Origin: a virus
IMG/VR virus record: IMGVR_UViG_3300022562_000124
Span: 1-64,000 of that record
Strand: one strand, 5' to 3'
Length of the DNA: 64,000 bases
Shown: positions 57,001 to 64,000 of the stretch, piece by piece
Position numbering within the stretch: the stretch's first letter is position 1
Layout: every line of letters starts with the position of its first letter
Notes under the pieces: generated by a model
Told to the model about the DNA's origin: nothing
Database searches by the model: none
Seen by the model: the letters and a program-made list of their open reading frames with translations, nothing else
Position numbers and translations under genes: made by a program

Positions 57001-58762
57001 CATTACCTTTGCCCCTGACACATTAGCAAAGCTTCTATCACATGACAAGCCTGTGGTTGGCGGTATCTATCGTCAAAGACTAGAACCACAGCGCCTTGAA
57101 GTTTACGATCATAACTTTAGAACCCTTGCTTATGAAGAACTACATGGTAAAGGATTAGTTGAGATTGGTGGTCTAGGGTTTGGCTGCGTTCTTGTCAAGA
57201 GAGAAGTATTTGCTGATATCGGATATCCACAATTTGTATATCATCAGGCACTTCGTCACGAACACACGTTCAGCGAGGATTTGGATTTCTGTTGCAAGGC
57301 ACGTGACAAAGGATACACCATCTGGTGCGATACGTCAATAGTATGTGGTCATATTGGCCGTCACACCTATCAGATTTCGTTACCCGCAAATTTTAATCAG
57401 CAGGTAGATGTAGTAGAAGAAAAACTACTTAAGATCGCGTCTGAAAAGCATCTACCTGAGGGTCTTGTAGAGTACACCAACAACCTTGACATTGACGCGC
57501 CCAAGGTTATCTATGATATCGGAGCGAATGCTTTAGAGTGGACCAGACTTGCCAAGAACAAGTGGCCAGAAGCTAAGGTGATTGCCTTCGAAGCCATGGA
57601 CGATTTCAATAAGCTTTATAAGCATTTTGATTTTGATAATTATGTTGGTGTTCTATCTGATCAGGACGGAAAGAAAGTCAAGTTCTATGAGAATCCTTTC
57701 CTTCCATGGGGTAACTCATACTACATGGAAAATGAAAACGAATCTCCACCCGGTTGTGAATTTAATGAAGGACATGCTAAGGTAAAGACTGCCCGTACAC
57801 TTGACGCTATTGTGGCTGAAAGAAACTGGCCTCTTCCTGACATGATCAAGATTGACGTTCAAGGTGCTGAGAAGGATATTTTGAAGGGCGCTGAGAACTG
57901 CCTAAAGAACTGCAACGATATCATCATTGAAATTCAGCATAAGGAATACAATAAAGGTGCTCCTATGCTAGATGAAATGTTTGATTATCTTGCTTCAATT
58001 GGATTCTATCTTGTGACCAATATTCATAAGAAAGAATGTGACGGAGATTACCATTTCAAAAAGATGGATAAGGTTCCTACAAAGGCATTCATTCTACACA
58101 CATCAAATTCAAAGTCAATGGAATATTCGCATACTGCTATTATGTCTTGTGAAAGAGTGGGGATTCAGCCCATATTGTTCAATGGTTTTGAAAATGAAAC
58201 ACCAGAAGAACTATCAAGGATATTTGGGTTTGAATTTGGTTCTGATATGAACCACGGCGCTGCTAGAGCTACCGCAGGGCATTTCAAGATGTGGAATATC
58301 ATTGCTGAGCTTGATGAACCGATCATCGTATTGGAGCATGATGCAATCATGTTACAGCGTATCATGCTGCCAATTCCAGATGGCAAGATCGTTGCTCTAG
58401 GATATAAGCTTCATGATCCTTTTGCCTACGATCATGTCATGGCAGGAGAACCCAAAGAGATAGTTGACATTAAGCGCCATTCTGGTGCACATGCATATGT
58501 CATTACACCAAAGACGGCAAGAATGCTTCTAGATGAGCTAAAGCGTGTAGGTGCACCTAGAGCCATTGACAACTATTACTTTATGAGAATAAACAATCCA
58601 GAGGACACTGAGTCAGAAGTTCCCCTTGCAATTATGGACCCGACACCAGCAATCGGATGGCTTCGTGAATCCACCATCTGGGAAGGATCGTGTGATATCA
58701 ATTATGACTTCTTGGATTCTTTTAAAAGAAACCACCATCCAAAACAGGAAGTCTCTCGTTAG
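54008..58762 (+). CDS. 1584-aa multidomain enzyme: GT4 + GT2 + GT2 + GT2 + FkbM methyltransferase + GT25-like
   Basis: GLGGSESA / ETFGISTLEA (GT4); YNAEDYV..CIRSV..Q, ILDGDDWL (GT2); FSVIVPTMW, FVNDDI (GT2); ILIAIP, FAVDHDI, GFGCVLV, SEDLDFC (GT2); IYDIGAN, IKIDVQGAE (FkbM); VLEHDA, GAHAYVITP (GT25). Confidence 0.88.
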   Translation: MKICFIDTLGLCYDGTTLSKRGLGGSESAVILMSKELAKIGFSVTVYNDCTSDDTKPGVYDGVTYRPLKSVETDAPDYDVMIGSRSVAAFAPAYMKERFKTFSYVPDFTRFQQNIKHKILWMHDTFCDGDDLIEPFLLDGLINEVFVLSDFHLDYVTNCDHGKKRMFEVLKRYMFQTRNGIGAMNPGWIDIKDKDPNLFVYNSSLTKGMVPLVNDIWPKVKEQAPDAKLIVIGGFYRFREGHTPDQQELDWREMVKRNENAGLDITFTGVIPQQEISDILRKASYMIYPCAFPETFGISTLEALAHNVPIITCNFGAEEETAIDSASYKIPFPVEPNGLFPWVNKEDQVNRFVDMTLRAYYDKYLHQQKMYACNAVKDICGWNSVAKQWKQHLFHKLGEFLPVDEYREVQKINHDVRKTFGRRFTNLEELQEPRQRQKEIAILTAVYNAEDYVGKCIRSVAAQDYYDYTMYIVNDASTDNTLNAIKQTINSLPEKIRHKFVVINNEENIGAVANHYKIIDEYLGEEQFIMILDGDDWLVNDPNIFHKYNNLYHDGAEFTYGSCWSLADNIPLIAQPYPPEVKEARSYRDYKFNWNMPYTHLRTFHAKLLRGLDSSDLMVNGEWPKAGGDTALFYHLIEKADPDKIVCVPDVVYVYNDKNPLNDYKINGDEQTKTANAIMGKGKAVEKFSVIVPTMWRCKDVFSKALQSYIDHDLVDEIIIINNDKKETPNWLGLDHPKIKMLTQEQNIYCNPAWNLGAEVAVNNKLCFVNDDIEFDTKLFDKIHSRVIPELGVHGMVTGEEKFGHPQSTDFSIDFTKWYWGDNIHGFGQLFFVHKHNWIPVPEGLDLYYGDDMIFHQHLHRGLDNYLIYNLRFYSPMAQTTSDPAIRGNKIETERPIFDKWMSENQLMSITQWLRPEPTPEEAVVPVMDQRVKRILIAIPCKNDIEADTFKSIYDQIIPDGYETDFQYFYGYAVDQVRNLIADWTVNGYDYLFAVDHDITFAPDTLAKLLSHDKPVVGGIYRQRLEPQRLEVYDHNFRTLAYEELHGKGLVEIGGLGFGCVLVKREVFADIGYPQFVYHQALRHEHTFSEDLDFCCKARDKGYTIWCDTSIVCGHIGRHTYQISLPANFNQQVDVVEEKLLKIASEKHLPEGLVEYTNNLDIDAPKVIYDIGANALEWTRLAKNKWPEAKVIAFEAMDDFNKLYKHFDFDNYVGVLSDQDGKKVKFYENPFLPWGNSYYMENENESPPGCEFNEGHAKVKTARTLDAIVAERNWPLPDMIKIDVQGAEKDILKGAENCLKNCNDIIIEIQHKEYNKGAPMLDEMFDYLASIGFYLVTNIHKKECDGDYHFKKMDKVPTKAFILHTSNSKSMEYSHTAIMSCERVGIQPILFNGFENETPEELSRIFGFEFGSDMNHGAARATAGHFKMWNIIAELDEPIIVLEHDAIMLQRIMLPIPDGKIVALGYKLHDPFAYDHVMAGEPKEIVDIKRHSGAHAYVITPKTARMLLDELKRVGAPRAIDNYYFMRINNPEDTESEVPLAIMDPTPAIGWLRESTIWEGSCDINYDFLDSFKRNHHPKQEVSR

Positions 58763-59567
58763 GAAGAGTACCGCTACTCATATTTGACGCATTGGTGAAG
58801 AAGACTGCTTGCTGACCTTGTAGCTGACCGGCATTATCTGCCCATGATGCAGAGTTGACATTCAAGTCTCCTTCGCCTTTGCCAAACGCATAATTGGCTA
58901 CGTTAGCAGTATATGCAAAGTTTGAAACGTATGAGAAGTTTGCATTAACAGCAAGAACCGCTGTCTGTACTTCTAGGGTATCTTCTGTTTTACCATTAAG
59001 GTAAGTAGAATTATTAGAGGTATACGCAAAGTTTGCATTAACAGCAAATACAGCAGACTCTACGCTAAGTCTATCTTCCGTTTTACCAAATGCATGAATT
59101 GCATTGTTGACAGTAACAAATTCTTCCATGTATGCAGCATTGACGTACAATACCACATTAGCAGCGCCTTGTCCACCACCAGAAAGACCATTACCAGAAT
59201 AAACGGTAGTGATTGTATCTTTCCAATAGGTATGTGTGCCGTTTGAGGCAAGAACCTGATCATTCGCACCAGAACTAGGGCCAGTAGTATTACCAGCCCA
59301 AATAGTAGAAATGTAAAGATTACCTACGGTAAGATTTGGTAGGTTATCAAGTAGTTTTACGTCATATTCAAAAGTATTTGCATTATAGACGAGTGTTGCC
59401 CCGTCTACTCTCTGTGTTTTATTAACACCCGGAAGGTCATCAATAGTTCTGATTTCACGAATCTGATTCTTTACGGTGATTGGATCATTAGCAAGAATCT
59501 TACCGCCCTTTTTATTGACGGTAATCGTGAAGTCTGATTTTTGAACTAAGACATTTGTATTAGACAT
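58722..59567 (-). CDS. virion/fibre-associated protein with NANFAY / GKTED repeats
   Basis: The repeat GK(T/G)E..L.V.SA..A.NANFAY is shared with the N-half of fibre 47308..50145; C-terminal NASNMSSGTLP..RL, LDGG. Confidence 0.75.
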   Translation of the reverse strand: MSNTNVLVQKSDFTITVNKKGGKILANDPITVKNQIREIRTIDDLPGVNKTQRVDGATLVYNANTFEYDVKLLDNLPNLTVGNLYISTIWAGNTTGPSSGANDQVLASNGTHTYWKDTITTVYSGNGLSGGGQGAANVVLYVNAAYMEEFVTVNNAIHAFGKTEDRLSVESAVFAVNANFAYTSNNSTYLNGKTEDTLEVQTAVLAVNANFSYVSNFAYTANVANYAFGKGEGDLNVNSASWADNAGQLQGQQAVFFTNASNMSSGTLPNERLPVLDGGFF

Positions 59568-59895
59568 TACGTGTTACCTGTGGTGTGATTGTTACGATAC
59601 CTTCAAGTACACGAGATACTACATTATCTGTTGAATATAAAACACAGTCATAAACATATCTACCGGGAGAGATTACGCTTGTGGTAGCAGAGTTCATTGC
59701 CAGCGTAACAGTACCAGCTTCAGGAGCAATCAAGACCTGAAAGTCTACCGCAGTGGATGATGTGAAGTATTTACGAAGCTGTGCTTTACCAGTATATCCT
59801 GTTAAGTCAATAGGAGAGGTATTAGCGTCTCTCATATTAATAGTGACTTCGTAATCTACACCCTGATCAATGATTATATTGCTTTTAATTGCCAT
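59560..59895 (-). CDS. conserved T4-like virion protein (small beta-sandwich)
   Basis: NIIIDQG.DY, DLTGYTGKAQLRK, GRYVYD, RVLEGIVTITPQVT. Confidence 0.82.
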   Translation of the reverse strand: MAIKSNIIIDQGVDYEVTINMRDANTSPIDLTGYTGKAQLRKYFTSSTAVDFQVLIAPEAGTVTLAMNSATTSVISPGRYVYDCVLYSTDNVVSRVLEGIVTITPQVTRNV

Positions 59896-59926
59896 GTGTC
59901 TCTTCCAAGAAAATTGTTATTCTGTG

Positions 59927-59934
59927 TATTTATA
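59927..59934 (-). promoter_or_regulatory. T4-type late promoter
   Basis: Exact TATAAATA upstream of 59895. Confidence 0.82.
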
Positions 59935-59963
59935 ACTTGACAGGGAAAAGCATTCTGATATAA

Positions 59964-60497
59964 TCACTGTGTGGGTTTATGATACATTCCTTCTGGATGA
60001 CGATCTTGAATCTCATCCATGATATCCAGTAGTGCTTGGAAACATGCTCTAGCTTCATCGGTGATATCGTCTCTAGTACGGAATGTCTGAAGGAATGCAA
60101 GAGAAGATTTACGATCTTCCCATTCAAGATGTTCTGTAGGGAATCCTTCAAGTCTTCTTCTCATGATTTCACCACCCATTAAATGGGCACCAGTAAGAAC
60201 ATAGATTGCACCAGCAAGTGCCTTTTCATTATCTAGGGTCTTGACATATTCACTAGCAGCGGTAAAAGGTTCAATACCAAGATTCATGGCAACCATGTCT
60301 GATTCGAGTCTTTCTACTCGTCTTACATTATCTGGTACATCTTTGTCAATAACTAAATGAATTTGATGAAGAGCCTGAAGCCAAGCAGCATACCATACTC
60401 TTGGTGGGTTTCCTGTTGACATTGCTCCACCAACAGCATGTTGTTCACAGGCATGATGTAGATCACGTGTTTCTTCCCAAAGTGGTTTCTTTGCCAT
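59964..60497 (-). CDS. heme oxygenase (biliverdin-producing, HemO/BphO-like)
   Basis: Proximal helix LWEETRDLHHACE (heme-ligating His), R..RLE.D, distal helix GAIYVLTGAHLMGGEIM (compare YVLEGSTLGG / YLGDLSGG), C-terminal EARACF. Confidence 0.82.
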   Translation of the reverse strand: MAKKPLWEETRDLHHACEQHAVGGAMSTGNPPRVWYAAWLQALHQIHLVIDKDVPDNVRRVERLESDMVAMNLGIEPFTAASEYVKTLDNEKALAGAIYVLTGAHLMGGEIMRRRLEGFPTEHLEWEDRKSSLAFLQTFRTRDDITDEARACFQALLDIMDEIQDRHPEGMYHKPTQ

Positions 60498-60512
60498 TGT
60501 AATTTACCTCAT

Positions 60513-61154
60513 TTAAAATGTTGTTATATCTGTAACAGGTACGTCAAATTTGAATGTAACGTTCTTTTTAATATTTGTGGGACCATCAAAATCATAACCA
60601 AATGCATCCATATCTATTTGGAATATCGGAGTTACGATATCGATTAATTCTTGGGTGTAGTGTGATCTATAATCGCCACTTGCTTTTGTACTAAAATTGC
60701 CGCGCTGTGGCATCGCTTTGTAATGAAGCATTTGTTCAAATGGAAATCCAAGATTTGAAGAAATTTCGTCTATTGATCTTTCACGATCTTCAAATTTAAA
60801 TATGTGAGCTTTTAACTGCCCGTTTACATCACAAAAATACCCATACTGAGGTCCAGTATATTGTGTAATCTCTTTGGTTACATAACGTTTATTCACCCAT
60901 TCTTCAAAAGAATAATCAATAGACGTAACGTGCTTATGTAGATAATATAGGCTTACTTCACGACTGAATGGATTTCTAACAAATCCAAACGTATAAAAAT
61001 TTGATGGATCAATATCACTTATCATAGCATAAATGGAATGCTTTTGAAGAAAATATTTCCCACCTCGCCATATCAAATATGCTTCTAATGAGGTACCACT
61101 TGTTCTTGGATTGTGAATGAAAATGTATGGTATTTTATTTTCTCTATAAATCAT
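60513..61154 (-). CDS. sulfotransferase (Sulfotransfer_2-like)
   Basis: FIHNPRTSGTSL (5'-PSB), FGFVRNPFSREVSLY (3'-PB), DYRSHY, D..AFGY.F. Confidence 0.88.
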   Translation of the reverse strand: MIYRENKIPYIFIHNPRTSGTSLEAYLIWRGGKYFLQKHSIYAMISDIDPSNFYTFGFVRNPFSREVSLYYLHKHVTSIDYSFEEWVNKRYVTKEITQYTGPQYGYFCDVNGQLKAHIFKFEDRERSIDEISSNLGFPFEQMLHYKAMPQRGNFSTKASGDYRSHYTQELIDIVTPIFQIDMDAFGYDFDGPTNIKKNVTFKFDVPVTDITTF

Positions 61155-61762
61155 GATCTTTCCTTATATGGAACCCAAGCTGTATCACCGTCAGGATTTT
61201 GTATCTTTTGGTAAATAGGAACACCAAAAGTCATATTTTTATAATATTGTTCTTTGACTTCTGATGAAAATTTCTTCGCTTCATCTAAAGACAATGGTTC
61301 TGAGTACTGGCCGCTCAATGGATTGAATACGAAAATATTTTCTGTTATATCGGTATTATTTAAGTCTACCTTTATAGTAGTCTCAAATCCATATTCATCT
61401 AAAATAAATGTGCGGCAATTAAAAAGACCGGGATTATGAAGATGAAGAACATTTTTATATTCTTCGTAAAGGTTCAAAGCATCTTGATATGATGATGCGA
61501 AGTCAAATCCACCAGCAAGATCATTGACACGATATTCCTCAAGATATGTATGGTCATTGTAAAACGAAACTGCTATGGGATTTGATGGTAAAGATTTATA
61601 CCATAAAATCCAATCTTGTGGAACATTATTTTGTAATAAAAATTCCATACCCTCTTCATAGGTAATTTCGTCTTTATTTAAGCTTGCCTTTATGTCAAGA
61701 GTCCATCTGTATGCATCGGCGCATGGCAAGCATTTTTTCAAAAGTTCCTGTGTTATTTTCAT
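61151..61762 (-). CDS. hypothetical protein
   Basis: 203-aa ORF coupled to both neighbours; N-terminal ITQELLKK..PC.DA..W motif. Confidence 0.75.
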   Translation of the reverse strand: MKITQELLKKCLPCADAYRWTLDIKASLNKDEITYEEGMEFLLQNNVPQDWILWYKSLPSNPIAVSFYNDHTYLEEYRVNDLAGGFDFASSYQDALNLYEEYKNVLHLHNPGLFNCRTFILDEYGFETTIKVDLNNTDITENIFVFNPLSGQYSEPLSLDEAKKFSSEVKEQYYKNMTFGVPIYQKIQNPDGDTAWVPYKERS

Positions 61763-62958
61763 TATAGAATAGCTCCAAATACACGGCTAGGATTAAAACC
61801 ACCTATCCAAGATAAAGTCCATGTCCCCCCTGATGGGGGCACATATGTTCCCGGCCAATACCAGCTACCACCATAATAGCCACCGGGAAAGTAATCGCTA
61901 GTGTCAATTGCAGCACCACCAGCGGCACCCGGTTGATCGCCACCTGTAGTATTTAGGGCATTACCACCACCAGCAGCGCCCCAACCGCCGCCGCCCCCGC
62001 CAGCTTGCCCGAAGCCATTGTTACCGTTCCATGTTGGATTACCACCGGTATTATTACTACCGCCACCAGAACCACCAGTTACCAGAACAATAGGATCGGA
62101 AGCGTTGGTTTTTGCCGCAGTGGCCGCGCCGGAACCGCCACCAGAACCACCATTTCCTCCAACACCAGTTTTTGTAGTCGAATTGTTAGTACCAGCGGTT
62201 GGTCCAACTGTTGTGGACCCCGGTATAATACGACCACCACCGCCACCAGCACCAAGCCCACCACTAGCCGCACCGGTTGAGCCTACCTGTCCCGGACCAC
62301 CACCGGGTGTCCATGCTGATGTAGCAGGATCGAATGTGCGACCACCTCGACCACCACCCGCACCGCCGCCCCCGCCAGCCCAACCGCCGCCAGTTGCAGA
62401 GCCAGCAGGACCGGCAGCGCCACCACCGCCGCCACCGCCACCAATATAACCGTTGGTGTTATCGATTGTGGTGTTACAATTTAATTGTAGTGCGACCATA
62501 CCTGCGCTAGCAGGACCAGAGGTCGCCTGATTATTATAATTGGTGTATGAATATCCACCATCACCACCTTGTCCAATAATGAATCCTTTATTAATGATAA
62601 AAAGCATTCCCGGAAAGGTGCCTGTTGAATTATATCCGTTGCTGCCATAAATGAATACTCCGGGAGCAATGATAATTTGTGCATCGCCTGATCCGGGATA
62701 ACCATTAGCAACAGCCCAATTATAAAAATTAAAGTTGGCCTGATTTGTGGTTACAGTTGCCGTCCATATTGCACTAATACCAGCAAACTGTGAAAGTTTT
62801 AATGGGCTTGATGGTGTGCCATAACCAATTTGTGTAAATGATTCTGGCACAATACCACCGCCTCTTCTGTACGCATAGAGGTTGGAAGCAAGTCCCATTC
62901 CTTTACTTGAAAACTCATTTCTCACAGAAGAGAATGATGGGGGATTTGAAACTGCCAT
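61762..62958 (-). CDS. glycine-rich receptor-recognising adhesin (T2/T6 gp38-like)
   Basis: IINKGFIIGQGGDGG, TTIDNTNGYIGGGGGGGG, repeated polyglycine motifs, GGAAI near the C-terminus; immediately follows a fibre with an S74 chaperone. Confidence 0.75.
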   Translation of the reverse strand: MAVSNPPSFSSVRNEFSSKGMGLASNLYAYRRGGGIVPESFTQIGYGTPSSPLKLSQFAGISAIWTATVTTNQANFNFYNWAVANGYPGSGDAQIIIAPGVFIYGSNGYNSTGTFPGMLFIINKGFIIGQGGDGGYSYTNYNNQATSGPASAGMVALQLNCNTTIDNTNGYIGGGGGGGGAAGPAGSATGGGWAGGGGGAGGGRGGRTFDPATSAWTPGGGPGQVGSTGAASGGLGAGGGGGRIIPGSTTVGPTAGTNNSTTKTGVGGNGGSGGGSGAATAAKTNASDPIVLVTGGSGGGSNNTGGNPTWNGNNGFGQAGGGGGGWGAAGGGNALNTTGGDQPGAAGGAAIDTSDYFPGGYYGGSWYWPGTYVPPSGGTWTLSWIGGFNPSRVFGAIL

Positions 62959-64000
62959 TATCTATTCTCCAAATCATCAACTTTCTTAGAAAGTTCCTTG
63001 ACGGCTTCGATCAGTAGTGCTACAAGTCGGTTGTATGTTACAGACTTATAACCAGTTGATTCGTCAAAGTAAACTACTTCAGGAATAAATTGTTCAATTT
63101 GTTGAGCAAGAATGCCTACTTCCACCTTATCGCCATCAAATCCTAGTTTCTGTGCGTTTTCATTCCATGTGTACTTGACACCATCAATGTTCTTGACAAT
63201 ATCAAGTGCATTGTCTATGTAGCCAACAACAGTCTTAAGATTTTGGTCAGAAGCAACGATGAAGTCGCCAGCATAGATTGAAGCTCCGCCAGTAGCCGCA
63301 CTTAGTGTTGTGCTGCCTGTGTAGTATGCTGCATAGTTAATAGTGCCAGCATTTACGATGCCAGTTCCCGGAGGTCCCGCAGGACCGGTTGGACCAGTTG
63401 GCCCCGGACTACCGCTTGGACCAGTTGGCCCCGGAGGACCCGCAGGACCGGCAGGGCCGGTTGCACCAGAGGGACCGGCAGGACCCGCAGGACCGGCAGG
63501 ACCCGCAGGACCGGCAGGGCCAGATGGACCCGCAGGACCGGCAATACCTTGTGATCCAACATAACCGGTTGGTCCGGTTGGTCCACTTGGTCCAGTTGCA
63601 CCAGTTGGTCCAGTTGCACCAGTTGGTCCGGTTGGACCCGCCGCGCCTTGTAGTCCACGAGAACCGGTATACCCTATTGGACCGGGACCGCCCACAGGGC
63701 CAGTAGGACCGGTTGGACCGGCAGGGCCGGTTGGTCCCGGAGGACCCGCAGGACCGGCAGGACCTATTGGACCAGCAGGACCGGTAGAACCCGCAGTGCC
63801 AGATGGACCGGTTGGACCGGCAGGACCGGTTGGGCCAATAGGACCGGTTGCACCAGTTGGACCAGCAGGACCGGTAGGACCAGCAGGACCAGTTAAACCA
63901 ATCGAACCAGTATAACCAACGGTTCCAGAAGGACCAGCCGCACCAGATGGACCGATAGGACCCGGAGCACCAATATCACCTTTAGAACCAGTATAACCCG
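62958..64000 (-). CDS. collagen-like tail fibre with C-terminal intramolecular chaperone (peptidase S74); 5' end outside the window
   Basis: The frame is open from 63998 through the GTG at 63695. Long GPT/GPA/GPS triplet run; [42 protein letters not shown]. Confidence 0.9.
   Translation of the reverse strand, partial: GYTGSKGDIGAPGPIGPSGAAGPSGTVGYTGSIGLTGPAGPTGPAGPTGATGPIGPTGPAGPTGPSGTAGSTGPAGPIGPAGPAGPPGPTGPAGPTGPTGPVGGPGPIGYTGSRGLQGAAGPTGPTGATGPTGATGPSGPTGPTGYVGSQGIAGPAGPSGPAGPAGPAGPAGPAGPSGATGPAGPAGPPGPTGPSGSPGPTGPTGPAGPPGTGIVNAGTINYAAYYTGSTTLSAATGGASIYAGDFIVASDQNLKTVVGYIDNALDIVKNIDGVKYTWNENAQKLGFDGDKVEVGILAQQIEQFIPEVVYFDESTGYKSVTYNRLVALLIEAVKELSKKVDDLENR

Noticed and set aside
59930-60151. 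73-aa minus-strand ORF
   Set aside because: Overlaps the heme oxygenase out of frame and runs into the late promoter; no motif.
50610-60497. Calling the phage a cyanophage because of the heme oxygenase and phycobiliprotein-like repeats
   Set aside because: No psbA, hli, pebS, pcyA, cpeT or petF in the window, and the repeats lack the chromophore Cys; the host remains undetermined.
62005-63706. Plus-strand Pro-rich and repeat ORFs (62018..62449, 63343..63564, 63389..63706) and minus-strand 63353..63658
   Set aside because: Shadow frames of glycine/collagen codons; no RBS or promoter support.
1-64000. Stop-codon reassignment, tRNA genes or structured ncRNA
   Set aside because: Core genes translate full-length in the standard code; intergenic gaps are short and occupied by promoters or terminators; no cloverleaf found by eye (tRNAscan-SE/Infernal would be decisive).

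Overview
This 64 kb window comes from a large T4-like myovirus (exo-T-even type). The host cannot be determined from the window, and there are no tRNAs, CRISPR arrays or mobile elements. All product calls come from motif recognition and gene order, not database searches. 1-11.3 kb (minus): replication/recombination block with gp44, gp45, gp46/47, gp55, UvsW and UvsY, plus accessory genes (GT-A-like protein, MazG-like, DUF3310-like, peptide deformylase, P-loop kinase, DEDD nuclease). 11.3-27.1 kb (minus): core morphogenesis block (gp3, gp23, 22, 21, 67/68-like, 20, 19, 18, 17, 16, 15, 14, 13), interrupted by a plus-strand sigma70-driven cassette and by a GNAT gene carrying a T4-like capsid-targeting leader. 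27.1-36.1 kb: glycan island with hldE, a cupin, hldD, two GT9-like genes (one broken), GT2, a NodU-family carbamoyltransferase, a sulfotransferase, a methyltransferase and a CxxCxxCC protein. 36.1-64 kb: late virion/fibre region with six Cys-rich RCC1-type beta-propeller paralogs, GYTGS collagen-like fibres, a 1584-aa six-domain glycosyl/methyltransferase, a heme oxygenase, a second sulfotransferase, a gp38-like adhesin and a collagen fibre with an S74 chaperone. Ten exact TATAAATA late promoters mark the minus-strand operons. Two candidate new systems stand out. (i) A late virion protein with five tandem phycobiliprotein-like globin domains lacking the chromophore Cys lies about 6 kb from a heme oxygenase in a fibre operon, suggesting a bilin-loaded virion. 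(ii) A late-expressed heptose/carbamoyl/sulfate/methyl decoration pathway lies next to Ser/Thr/Tyr-rich fibre proteins.
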